DNA of 64,000 nucleotides, from positions 28,770,001-28,834,000 of the forward strand of contig CM052817.1 of NCBI GenBank assembly GCA_028534125.1, written 5' to 3'. This DNA comes from Lama glama. Taxonomy: Eukaryota. Below, piece by piece: positions 13,201 through 25,350 of the stretch (position 1 is the stretch's first letter; the number at the start of each line of letters is the position of its first letter). A program made the position numbers and the translations under genes. The notes beneath the pieces are model-generated. The model made no database searches and was not told where the DNA came from. It worked only from the letters and a program-made list of their open reading frames with translations.

Positions 13201-16021
13201 ACAGGACTGGTGCCGGGCAAGGACTCATTGTCTGGTCTATGGGTTCCTTATATCGGATGGTGTGGGTGGTGGCAGTTTATTAATCTCTTTGCCACTTGAG
13301 TCTGCAGCCATCTGGGTATGAAATAACAACAACAAAAATACTCTGTCCATTTAACACTCTGGGGATATTTTATCAAGGGGAATACAGCTTTGCCAACTGG
13401 AATTTAATTGAAAGACAATGATCATTTTTAATATACTGCTTATCTCTACTTCTCTGGTTTCACTTATACTCGGTCTTTTCCCACCATGAGATGTGTGCCT
13501 GGTCCTTTGGATTGGCTTGCATTTTCCTCTCTCAGACTTTTCCTAAGCAGTTTGGCCTCTAACCTTGCTACCTGGTTTCTCTTGGTCTAGAGGGTTTTCA
13601 TGTAAAGATCTGGTAAGCTATCCTTCCCATTTAATGCCAATTACCTCCCCATGTAGAGTTTGTAAGAAAGACCAGAGATGCAACCAGATACTAAATCCTG
13701 CAGAAACCACTGGAACTTCCCATGGGGCCATTTATCTTGACCCCACTGCCTGTCTCTATGATGTGAAGCAGGTTCACTTTGAAGCCCACTTAAATCAACT
13801 TGTAAAACAGCCTGAGACACGAACAGATGATTTACTGAAATTGAGATACAACCATTGCCTTCTTGGCAGCCAGAAATGGTGTCCCTCCACCAAAAAAGCC
13901 ATCAGGTGAGTTTTGCATGATTTGCTTTTAAGAGACCCACAGTCTTCACTGTTCACATTTGTTTTATCCTCTAGATGCTGCCAGCTCCTCTTTCTATCCC
14001 TTCACTTGTTAGAGATTAAAGAGAGATGTGAGAGTCGGTGATTGCCAGCAGCAGGCCGTGCAGCCCCACACTCACTTTCATCACCATCTTGTATTGCTCC
14101 CGGCATATTTTTAATGTATGTCTTTAACCTAATCCATGAATCAGAATTACTATCAGCCTCAAGATTTTTATTCTAGTTTGTGTTCATGAATGATTTTGTT
14201 GTCCTTCCAAGGACTGTCAAAGGAATCCAGCATCTCCAGGAGCCCTGAGTAAAAGACATCCCCTACAGCAGTGTTTAAAACATGTTTAAGACTGACATTA
14301 TTACAATCTGGCTGTGGTCACAATAATGTATCTAGGGAGGTGCAGTCTGCAGCACCTCCAAGGCTGCCATGTAACTGTAGTGAAATAAACAGAGATTTCT
14401 GTTATTTTGCAAAACTGACCTATCTGAAGGCGCTCGGAGAAAGACAAGCAACAAGGTCCTCACTCCTTGCTCCCTTCTCCATGATCTCAGGCAGAACAAT
14501 CTCCCTTGAGGTCAAAACCCACACTTAATTTTCCTGTAGTTTCTACCAAACCAACTCTTCCCCTCCCTCATTTCTAAGCTCGCTGTTGCCTTGTTCTCAT
14601 TTTGCCAATTACAAAATCCCCAATCTACATTTCAGTTACTCTCTGCTAGGCTAGGTGCCAAGCACTGGTAATGAGTTTTACATGCATTTTCCCTTTTTAG
14701 CCAGGAAAAAAGAAAACCATTCATTTTATAACACTGGTGCATCGCACAAAAGGTCAAAAATATATAGGGTTATAAGTAGCTGAAAAGTAGATTCATCCTG
14801 CAAATGTTATACCAATTCTAAAGGAAAATTAGGAGGTTGTATCTAATATGATAGCAATAAATAAAGCAATAGGTATATATGCATGTTATTAATGAAATGA
14901 GCATGTGTGTGTATACATTTAAATACACATACACTTTAGCCCTTGCTCAAATCTCTATGATTATCTCATTTCACAAAATTAAACTGTAACACAGAACAAT
15001 TAAGCAACTTCTAAAAGTTCTAACAGCTAAATAAATGGTAGAGTCAGATTTTGGACACAGGTAGCCTGGTTCCAAAACTAATTCAAGAAATACTGAAGGA
15101 GTACATGCTATACGCACAGGGCAGGATAGAAAGTAAATGCTATTATGTAATCTTTTCTTCTTTAAAAAACTCCACCTATACAAAAGCAAATAAGTAACTT
15201 GTATAGGGCTGAATTCTCAGTTCAGTAAAGGAGACAGGAATCACAGGTGACAGCCACCAAGGGACTTGTCCCTTGAATGGCAGGGTGAGTTAATCAGATC
15301 TCTAGTAAAATGTAACCAAACCTCTAAACGGAGAAGCCTAGATAGTCCAGTCCACAAAATGTAACCTGGTTATGAAGCTGTTTCTCAGTTATACAAAAGA
15401 GAGGGCATAAGGTACCTGCCTGCTTTTTGTGCCTCTAATGAATGCACAGGCTGGACTCTGCCCCTCGGTTCAGCTTTTATGACCCTAGGGGTAGGTTTCC
15501 CTCCAGTGGGATGTCACTGTTACTCTGTGCATCAGTCAGTGCCTTGACTGAATCTCACGCTGCCTTTCAGGTTCACTTCAGCTGCTGATCTCTGGACCAC
15601 TGACTACTCTGTGTGCAGAGGATGCAGAGTACAAGGCTAATTTGCTTGTGAAGCAAAACCCGGATTTAATACAAGGGCTTACTATGCACAAGGTACTGCT
15701 TTAAACGTTTTAACTGTATTACACTATTTAATCCTCATATCAACCTATGTGGTAAGTTCAATTCTCACCTTCTCCTGACACCTCCATTTTTTCATAAGTG
15801 GATGCCAAAGCACAGAGCAGTTAAGTAACTTATCCAAAGAGTGAAAAAAGGGCTATTTTAGAGAGAGAGAAAGATTATACAGACTTAATTGAACCACAAA
15901 TACAGAAAGCCACAGGGCAATGGATAAACAGAGAATATGGAAGGGAACTGATGATTTTAAAGTCAAGAAGAGCAACTTTTTTGTGTGTAGGTTCCAGCCA
16001 AGTAAAAACTGGAGAGTTATA

Positions 16022-16148
16022 GGGGGAGGGTATAGCAGTGGTAAAGCATGTGCTTAGTAACATGCATGAGGTCCTGGGTTCAGTCTCCAGTACTTCAGTT
16101 AAATAAACAAACAAACAAACCTAATTACCTCTCCCAAAATTAAAAATA
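16022..16148 (+). mobile_element. tRNA-Ala-derived SINE (camelid Vic-1 type)
   Basis: Head ggggagggtatagc..gtggtaaagcatgtgcttag...catgcatgaggtcctgggttcagtctccagtac, then (aaac)n and cctaattacctctccc plus an A-rich tail. The A box is degenerate. Confidence 0.88.
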
Positions 16149-16997
16149 TACATATTTTAAAAAATTTGAGAGAGATTAAAACAGCAGTTAAAAATCTGTG
16201 CTGTCATTTTACATTTAATAAATGAAAACCCATGTAGCCATGTGTTCTGACAAGCTGATCCTCTTGCTACCTCAAGGATGGTTATGACTTTTGTATTTAC
16301 AGGATAATTCCAGTAGTAATAAAAGTTACCAATTTATGGTGCATTACTCAGAGCCTGAGTTTACAGGTGTGAGACAAATATCTTCCATGAATTCCTCTAC
16401 CTCTGAGACTATATGTATAAAATCTTTCAGAGATAATTCCCAAAGTCCTAATGCAGGGGTCTTCATAAATGTGAGGCCTGGGCAAGCAGCCCTTCTGGAT
16501 TTCAGTCATTGGTCTTTTTTTGGAATGGCCTGGAATGGCCTGGGATGGCCAACACACTCTGATTCAAATGATTTAAGAAATCATTTATTTAGTCTTCACA
16601 ACAAACTTTTCATTTTTACAAGCTGGGACAAATGTGAGTCAGGGTTGTTCATGAACCTGACTAAGAACCATCCAACTGTAAGAAGGGACAATGCCAGGAT
16701 TAAAACCTAAACCTGTCAATTTCTAAAGCCACATGGCTGCCCTGTCATTAGACAGCAAAAGAATAGGAAAAGAATAAAATGGCTGGTGGCAGAAACACTC
16801 CTGTCCGTTATCTCCTTTCATCCTCCTGAGTCCCTTCTCATAGGTCACCATCACTTGCCATCTACAGGATGCTTGTCTACTACGTGTCTTGCTCCCAAAG
16901 AGTCTGCTTTCACTCCTCTAGACTTTCAACAGTGGACCTCAGAAGATGGCTTCGCTCTATGGCCCTTTGATCCCCTACATTCTGACTATTCCCACGT

Positions 16998-17423
16998 AGA
17001 GCTGCCAGATAAAACACAAGATGCCCATGCAATATTTGGGACATATGTATACTGTAAGTCATTCACTATCATTATCTGGAATTCAAATTTGACTGGACAA
17101 TCTGTATTATTCAATTGAAATATAGTTGCAGCATAGTATTGTAGAAGTTACAGGTGTACAACATAGTGATCCAATTTTTAAAGGCTATGCTCCATTTATA
17201 GTTACTATATAATACTGGCTATATTCCTCAAGTTGTACAGTATACCTTTGTAGCTTATTTCATACCTAGTAGTCTGTACTTCTTACTCCCCTACCCCTGC
17301 TATGCCCCTTCCCCATTCCCTCCTCCGCAGGTAACCACTAGTTTGTGCTCTATATCTGTGAGTTCACTTTTTTTTGTTATATAAGGGCAGTCTGTATTTT
17401 TATTTGCTAAATCTTACAACCCT
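16998..17423. mobile_element. MER53-like hAT MITE, split by an L1 3' fragment
   Basis: gctgccagataaaacacaagatgcccatgcaatatttgggacat...tatctggaattcaaatttgactggac, resuming at 17385 with gggcagtctgtattttta...caaccct. Confidence 0.75.
17109..17384 (-). mobile_element. short 5'-truncated L1 3'UTR insertion
   Basis: ttgaaatatagttg...ggtgtacaacatagtgat...ggtaaccactagtttgtgctctatatctgtgagt. TSD ggacaatctgtatt / gggcagtctgtatt. Confidence 0.85.
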
Positions 17424-18550
17424 GTTACCAGGAGACATTAATTTAAGCAAAATGTCCATATTCTATTATCAGCACTTCTGTTCTCAATACTCTGAGCAGG
17501 TTTAAGCTTCCTCTTCCTTAGGCTTCCTCTCCATATTCAAACACAAAGATATTTATAGAGACTGATTTTTCATATTTTCTTGTGATTCTGAAGTTTGATT
17601 GCAGAAAACTTTTTTGACTACGTGTATTTTTATGCAGATTTTCTTAGAGTAAAATAAACATATCTAACCTGTCCTTCTTTCCTCCAGCAATTGCTAAAAA
17701 GTAGCAAAAAAAAAAGTGCAAACTTTTGAATTTATGGCTTCAAAACTCTATAAAACATGTCCAAAAAGGAGTGTGTGGGTGAGGATAATGAGAATAGAGA
17801 ATAAAAGAGCCAGCTGGGTTTCTGGGGAAGGAAAGGGAGTAGGGAAACGAAATGAGTCTAAGAGTCTTTAGAATATTTAAAAATATATAAAACATTAATG
17901 TCACTGTACTAAGACTGAAAAATGTGGGATATATCATACTCAAAATAATACTCAAAAGAGGCTAAGATTGGCAGCTATCAAAATGTGTGTTTCTGTTTCT
18001 GTTTGGAAACCTCAGAAAATAATATGACAGGAAAATAACAAACTCTTACACTTAGTTAATGATATGCATTGAGTCTGGGTTAACATGCATGTAGGTTTTT
18101 ACATGTGTCACAGATTTCATAGCACATATGGGGATTTTTCTCTTTAATTTTCTTTGGAAGAAAAGAATTATTATTAAGATATCAGTATAAAAGAAATATG
18201 AGATTATTCTCATAATTCAATAAAGTGATAAAGGAGACTATTAACAAAATGAGATTAAGAGTGTAGTCTAATTGGTGTTAAAATGTCAATATTCCAATAA
18301 CCATATGCCAGCACTAAAGTCAACTTAATTAGTATTTTTTTCTTATCAAGCAATAAATCAAGTAGAAGACTGATTGCAGAATAATAAGCTGGCGCTTATG
18401 AAACATTCTGGAATTAGTGTTCTAAAAGGAAGATGCCTTCAGATAGATCAGAGAATGCTTGAAACAGTTTGAATAATTCAGGAATTCAGAAAATAATATA
18501 TAATCTGTATAATCCTCTCAGTGCTTCCTATATATGCTTCCCAATACTTA

Positions 18551-18722
18551 ATTTTTTCAATTTAATTTTTTAATTTAATTAAAAATTATTTTTATTTTTA
18601 ATTTTTGGGGGTTTGAGGTAGTTAGGTTTATTTATTTATTTTTGAAGGAGGTACTAGGGATTGAACCCAGGACCTCGTGCATGCTAAGCATGCACTCTAC
18701 TACTTGAGCTATACCCTCCCCC
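18551..18722 (-). mobile_element. tRNA-Ala(AGC)-derived SINE (camelid Vic-1 type)
   Basis: Reverse complement reads ggggagggtatagctcaagtagtagagtgcatgcttagcatgcacgaggtcctgggttcaatccctagtacctcc, then (aaat)n, cctaactacctc and an A-rich tail. A and B boxes are recognisable. Confidence 0.92.
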
Positions 18723-19319
18723 TTAAATTATTTTTTAAAACTAAGAAGACAATAAACACTAGAGCAAGCAAACGAAGAAGAAAAAAATATTTCCTTATTA
18801 GTTGGGTATTAGAAAGTATTAGAAAGTAGAGTGTGATAATTGGCCTTGAAAATTGGTGGCTCATAGTTATAACAGATTCCAATATAAAAAGACATTTGGA
18901 CAATGTACTTATTTCTGTCACATGGGAAATCCTCCCAATCTAAACTATCATTCCATTGATCCAAACTACTGAGAAATCAAACCAGACCTTTATAACAATC
19001 CTCACATAAGTCAACTTTAAATGCTTTCATTTCTGGCAAATGAATCTTTCTCCTACTTAAAACAGAATTTGAAATCACTGGGTATGAACTACAAGTCTCC
19101 AAACAATCAAACTTATCTACCTCTTGTCCTGTTTTTCTCTCCATCTTTCAGGATGCAATGCCTCTACTCTTGTTTAAAATTAGTCAACCCACTTACAGTT
19201 TTTAACCCATTGTTTTCCATTTCTTCAAGGATCATGGTCCATCAATCAGATGTAATTTCTCTGAGAGCTTCAATCTGCAAACATCCTTCCTTCAAAAAGA
19301 GCAAGCCTACCTTCCTCCT

Positions 19320-19590
19320 ATTATGAGAATCAAAATCCCTCCTTTGGCTTAAAGCCACTTTCTAACTACTCCTTTTCCTCTCTCTCAGTCTCCCCACTTT
19401 ATCTTTAAAGAGCCATCCATCCTCGATGCTTTTAATTCCTCACTTCTCATTCACTCTCAGTCATCTATCTTACTACATCCTCCCACCTTCAACCCCACAC
19501 TGTCCCCTGGAAATACCCTTGCTAAGGCCAACTATGGAGACTTGCCAAATCCAATGGCAAATTCCTAGAACTCATCACATTTTCTTTATG
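19320..19590 (+). mobile_element. L2 fragment
   Basis: cacttctcattcactctcag...cttgctaaggccaact...ttgccaaatccaatggcaa. Confidence 0.6.
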
Positions 19591-20449
19591 TTGTCAGTAT
19601 AACTCTCTCTAACGTTCATAGGATCGTAACTTTCATATGCTCTATTCAAAACATGTAAAAACGCGTTATCACACATCAGAGTGAATGTAGGCTTTTCAGC
19701 ATGGCATGAAAGAATTCCATGATACGTACCATTACCAGATTTATACAATTAAGTGACTTCATAGAACATACCTATTATCTATCTGAAATTCAATTTGACT
19801 GAGATACCCTGCATTTTCTGCAAACCCAATAATAGGGGACTTGCTTACTTCTCGAGATTATTCTTCTTCTGCTCCACCCACATTAGTACTTCTGACCCTG
19901 TACCCTGTTATCCACCCCAACCCAAGAAAAAGGAAAGCCTACTGGCCTACCTTACTCTTCTTCCTTAACTTTTAAAACACTCTGTTTTCTTGCCTGTAAT
20001 GTCTTCTCTCCACCTTTGTTGTGCTCCCTTAATAGCTGTGCCTATGTCTGCCCAGCTAGACCCCACTTCTCAAATGGACTAGCAGCTAGATGTGGCCTTA
20101 TGCTTAAATTACCTCCAGTGAAGCAGGATCAAATGTAATCTGTGCCATAATCCATCCCTGTTTCATAAAACCTCCAAAGATTGCCCTTCCATATTCTTTG
20201 GGATGATGACACAGAGAGGGGAGGGTCCTTAAGTGCATATATGGATGATAACCACACTGCCATCAGCCTGGGTCCCTGAGAAACTGGGTCCCTGAAAGGT
20301 CTCTCCATCTTGAAGCACCTGCCTCAGAGCTTTTGTGAACAACGATGACAAAAATTCTATTGTGTTTGAGCCATTACTCTCAGGGTCTAACTAACCTATC
20401 AAATGGTATCATTTCTGCACACAATCCTCTATAGCCAGTTTTATTCCCC

Positions 20450-23130
20450 CCACTAAGCATTTTCTTTTGAAATTTAACATGTAGATTGAGTTAGTTCATT
20501 TTCACCACTCTGTAATACTTTGGTATGTCTACAGTGTATTCACCATTCTCCACAGGTTGACACTGTACTTTTTTTTTAATTCTAGTGAACAGTGTGGCTA
20601 TGGATATCTTTGTATATCTGCACAAAATGTGTATGTGTAAGATTATACATGTCCATGGGTGAGATTTTTTCCTTAGGCTCCTTGAAGTGGAAATGCTGAG
20701 TATTAAAATATGTGTATCTTCAATTATACTGTTGCCAAATTGCATTTCATATCAGATGTTTTGTTCTCACCAGCAATATCTTTGTTCCTGTTTTCTTATA
20801 TCTTGACACACAGGTTGTTATCTGACTTAAAATGTTTGCCTAATAGTGTTAAATGAAATCTTCTTATTGTTTTAATAATAATTTCTTGGCCTTATGAAAT
20901 GCTTATGTTAAGCTTGATCTAATGGTTAATATGTGCTAACACAATCATATGAGGGAAGTAACATTCATCTTCATTATACAGCTGAGATAACAGAGGCTCA
21001 AAAGTGTAAATTAACTTTCCCAGGCTCACTTGGCTACTCAGCGGTAAAAATCAGAATTTGAACTGATTAATCTGATTCCAAAAAGTATGTTTTTTACCTG
21101 TGATAATTCTCTTTCTAGGTTTGACTTTGCGTTTCTCTGATCATGAGTAAAATTGATGATCATGATATACGTTAATTAAAATGCAGATTTCCTCTTTTGT
21201 GAACTGCCTGATATACCCTTGGCTAACTGGCTCATAATTATTTAATTGTGCTTTTTAAAATTGATTTTCAGAAGTACTTTATGCATTCTGAAAAGTAAGC
21301 ACTATTTAGTTTATATAGGAGACAAGTATTTTCTTCAATTTAAGAGCCTGATTTTTAATTTTCTTATGTCATTTTGAGCTAAAACTTTTTTGTATGCACA
21401 TTTATTACACTTCATTCTTTTACTTCATGGTTGTCCTTTAAAATTTTTATTCAAGAAATTCTTTCTTACTTCAAGATGATAAAGTCTTTTTTGTGTGATT
21501 TCTTCTTTATATGTCCTTTTTTTCCCATACAAATAACCAACTTTACCACATCATTTATGGAAAAATCCACCCTTTGCCTGCTGAATTGTAGTGTCACCTG
21601 CAACAAGTCCTATTTCTAAATGTGAAGTGGTTTGGGGGGTTTTATTCATTTCTGCTGAGAAATTTATGTCTTCAGATATCAAAATATTTTAACTGCCATA
21701 TCTGTTTAGTAAGTCTTACCATCTAGTGGGGTCAATTTTCTCTCACATCCATGAAAATACTAAGACTTGGGTATTTTCATCCCTTAAGATTTTCACGTAA
21801 ATTTTAGGATAAGTTAGACAAATGCAAAAAAAAAAAAATGAACAAAGACCAACTGTTGGATTGGGCACAATTTGAATATATGGATTAATTTAGGAAGAAC
21901 TGACATCTTTATTGAGTCTTTGCAAACATGAGCATGGAAAATCTCTCAATCTATTTGTGTCTTTTATGTCTTTCTTTGATATTTAATATATTTTTTCTAT
22001 AAGAGCTCCATATAACTTCTGTTACATTTATTCTTAAAGTGCCTTATTTTGGTTGTTATTGTAAATAAAATATTTTAAGTTATGTTTTCTAATTCTTTCT
22101 TGCTGGCACTTGTGAAAGTATATATATATATATATATTTTTTTGATAATAGGCATCCTTATTTTGCTCCTCCTTTAAAATAAAATGTCTCTAACATTTCT
22201 CCGTTAAAGATGATAAACATTATGGGTTTGGACAATAACTTGTGTGGAGTTAAGGGCATTGTTCTCTATTCCTAACTTACTAAGAGTTTTCTTCTTTTAA
22301 AACAATGATTAAGTGTGGAACTTTTCAAATGCTTTTTTGTATGTGCTGAGAGGTTATTTCCCCTTTATTGTTTACTGTGGAAAATTTCAATAATACATTT
22401 TTTCTAATGTTAAACCACTATTGCTGTACTGAAATAAACTATATCTTGTCCCCATGTATTTTTTAAAGTACACTCCTGGATTGATGCTGTTGACATTTTA
22501 TTTAATATTTTTACATCTACAACCACCCATGATGTGGCTTATGGTTTTCTTTTCATAGAAAGATACTTGAAATTTTTACTGAGTTATTCAGCAGTCTCAC
22601 AAATTGAAAAGGGGTACTTGCCCTGTTTTCTGGAATAGCTTGCGTATTATAGGGAATAACAATTTGAAGGTTTCTCATAACCTAACCTTTAAACCTCCTC
22701 AGACTAGTGTTTAGTTGTGTATTTGATGGTGGACTTTAATATATTGACCTTGTTCATTTAGTAGACAAAAATTGTTTCAGATATTCCTTAAATCAGGTTA
22801 TCAAGGTTTCATAAACATTGGGATAAAGTTATGCATCATAAAGCATTATGTGCTTTTGTTATTTTTAATATTCTTATATTTTAAAATTGATGACTTCTTT
22901 GTTCTTGTTCAATCTCATTGGAGGTTTTATAGTTCATTAATCTTTTCAAAGACAGAGTTCTGGTTTTGTTGATATTCTTTATTTATTTCATAAAATTTAC
23001 CAGTGAAATCATCTAGGTCTGGGGTTTTCTTCATGGAAAAGTTTCGTTATAAATTCAATTTTAATAGCTATCGGATATTCATATTTTTAATTTGTTCTTT
23101 ATTTTTAATAAAATGTGATTTTGAAAGAAT
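20450..23130 (-). mobile_element. old degenerate L1 (L1ME/L1MC-class), interrupted by a MIR at ~20900-21100
   Basis: T-rich antisense L1 motifs: gaagtggaaatgctgag, tttcctcttttgtgaactgcctg, gattaatttaggaagaactgacatcttt, ccagtgaaatcatctaggtctggggttttct. Confidence 0.75.
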
Positions 23131-23134
23131 GTGT

Positions 23135-24115
23135 CTCTGGTTGATTAAAAGTGGCCATAAATCACTGTCACTATCCTGCTTACAGTAGAATTTGCATCCT
23201 CTTCTTTAAATGTGGGGCTGGTTTTGCTAAACACAACTCAACAGAACATGGCGGGGGTGATGCCATGCCAGCTCTAGACCTAGCCTTTAAGAGGGCTCGC
23301 AGCTTCCACTTCATATCTTTCTTATTCTTGGAATCCATATGCTACGGAAAGAAGCTATCCTCATGGTGAGTTCCAAAAGGTAGAGAGAGGTACCACCCTT
23401 TCTTTATTAGCACTTCTAATTCTCTAGTCACACGTGTGAGTGTAGCCATTTTAGCTCTTCTAGCCCTACCTGTCCTCTTATTTCAGCCACATGACTGACA
23501 CAAAGTGGGACCAATGGAATAACTACTTTGTCAAGCCAGAGATTCATAAGAAAATACATGAGTTATTTTTGTATTTTACTATTGGGTTTTGGAGTTTTTG
23601 TTAGATAGCAATAATTAACCAAAACAGAAATCTTAAAGTGGGGTGAAACTATAACAAAATCCTAAAATTTGTGCTACTGGAGATGGATAGAAGCTAGACG
23701 GGAACTGAATAGTGGCAAGACAGTGAAAAAAATTTATCGCAGGGATTGAAAAAGACAACCTGTGCTATGCAGTGGTTAAAAATGTGGCAACACTGTTTTA
23801 CCCATAGTAACATGAAAAATAGAAAATATATCTAATGAATTTGTGGATTTGGCTAAGAAGATGTCCATGCAGAATATTGAAAATACTGTTTCTTTCAGCT
23901 GTATATGCTAAGGCATAGAGAGAGACAGATGAACTAAATAATAAATTGTTTTATTATTAAGCAGAATCTAGAGGAATTATTTCTAAAACTTGCAAGTATA
24001 AAACTGTGTCTAGTTCCCAATCTTTCTCAGCAAAAGATTTTCAAAATCAGTAGTGATCTGAGGGGAAAAATCAAATTCAGGTCCTGATAGGAAAACATGG
24101 TCTTAGGATGAAGAT
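23135..24115 (+). mobile_element. MLT1 (F/G/H-like) LTR followed by MaLR internal sequence
   Basis: LTR ~23135-23626 ending gttagatagcaataattaaccaaaaca, then gaaat...aagtggggtg...tataacaaaatcctaaaa...ctaatgaatttgtggatttggctaagaagat, as in MLT1-int. Confidence 0.75.
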
Positions 24116-24262
24116 GCCAGTGACTCCCTGTGCTGCTCAAGCTCTGATGCCTGCATTCAATTCCCAGCCTGCAGGATCCAGTTACTGCTAGGTCTTACAG
24201 AGGCATCCTACAGATACGCAGCATAGCCTGAGGTCAAGGGAGTCTGTAATGAACACCAACAT

Positions 24263-25095
24263 AGACCTCTAGGAAAATATTGCTACAGTTTATGTCAGAG
24301 AATGTTTTACCTATGTTTGCTTCTAGGAGATTTATGGTGTCCTGTCTTATGTTTAAGTCTTTAGGCCATTTTGAGTTTATTTTTATGTATGGTGTGAGGA
24401 AGTAGGAATGTAATTTGGTGCAGCCTCTATGGAAGACAGTATGGAGATTCCTTAAAAAACTAAAAATATACTTTCCATATGATCCAGCAATCCCATTCCT
24501 GGGCATATATCTGGAGGAAACCCTAATTCAAAAAGATACATGCACCCAAATGTTCATAGAAGCACTATTTACAATAGTCAAGACATGGAAGCAACTTAAA
24601 TGTCCAACAGATGACTGGGTAAAGAAGTTGTGGTATAGATATACAATGGAATACTACTCAGCCATAAGACAGAATAAAATAATGCCATTTGCAGCAACAT
24701 GGATGGACCTAGAGATTATCATACTAAGTGAAGTAAGTCAGAGAGGGAAAGATAAATATTATATGATATCACTTATATATGCAATCTAAAAAATGACACA
24801 TGAATTTATTTACAAAAGAGAAATAGACTGACAGACATAGAAAACAAACTTATGGCTACCAAAGGGAAAAGAGGAATAAATTAGGAGTTTTATATTAGCA
24901 GATATGAACTACTACATACATAATAGAGAAACAATAATTGCATAGCCCAGGGAACTATATTCAATAGCTAGCAATAATCTACAATGAAAAAATATGAAAA
25001 ATAATATATAGGTATATATATATATAACTGAATCATGATTCTGTACACCAGAAACTAACATAACATTGTAAATCAACCATGCTTCAATTAAATAA
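24263..25095 (+). mobile_element. L1 3' end with inverted 5' segment (twin-priming structure)
   Basis: 24263-24403 encodes ORF2 peptide [43 protein letters not shown] on the - strand. 24404-25095 is ORF2 C-terminus plus 3'UTR on + (the ORF at 24415-24789 lies within this segment). Confidence 0.92.
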
Positions 25096-25096
25096 A

Positions 25097-25350
25097 TGCT
25101 GTATGATCTAATTTACATAGAATTTAAAAATTAAAAAAGAACTATGACTATAGAAACGTAAATAGTGGCTACTCCTGGGGGCGGCATAGAGTCTACATGG
25201 GAGCAAAAGGTACAAATTTAGGAGCTGTTAATGTCTGTTCCTTAGTCTGGGTGATGGTTATACTAAGGTGTTCAGTTTATGAAAATCCATCCCTTTCTCT
25301 ATGTACACTTTTCTGTAAGTATTTGACACTTCAATAAAAAGTTAAAATAT
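25097..25350 (+). mobile_element. old L1 (L1ME/MC) 3' end
   Basis: tgctgtatgat...aatagtggctact...ctgggtgatggttatac...cttcaataaaaagtt. Confidence 0.7.

Noticed and set aside
16521..16550. TGG(A/G)ATGGCC x3 and other short local duplications (20268-20294, 37180-37212, 41940-41974, 48868-48905)
   Set aside because: These are ordinary slippage duplications without unique spacers, so they are not CRISPR-like or otherwise organised arrays.
16291..17118. Adjacent 139-aa and 110-aa plus-strand ORFs
   Set aside because: They have non-ATG starts, run into MIR- and MER53-derived sequence, and show no recognisable homology.
18647..18722. Possible genuine tRNA-Ala gene
   Set aside because: It has extra 5' G/A residues, stem mismatches and a SINE-specific tail, and a second family copy is present at 16022. 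It is a SINE head.
24415..24789. 124-aa ORF, and similar ORFs at 11597, 11896, 12437, 27133, 27179, 53528 and 53731
   Set aside because: These are sense or antisense translations of degenerate L1 ORF2/3'UTR, not host genes.
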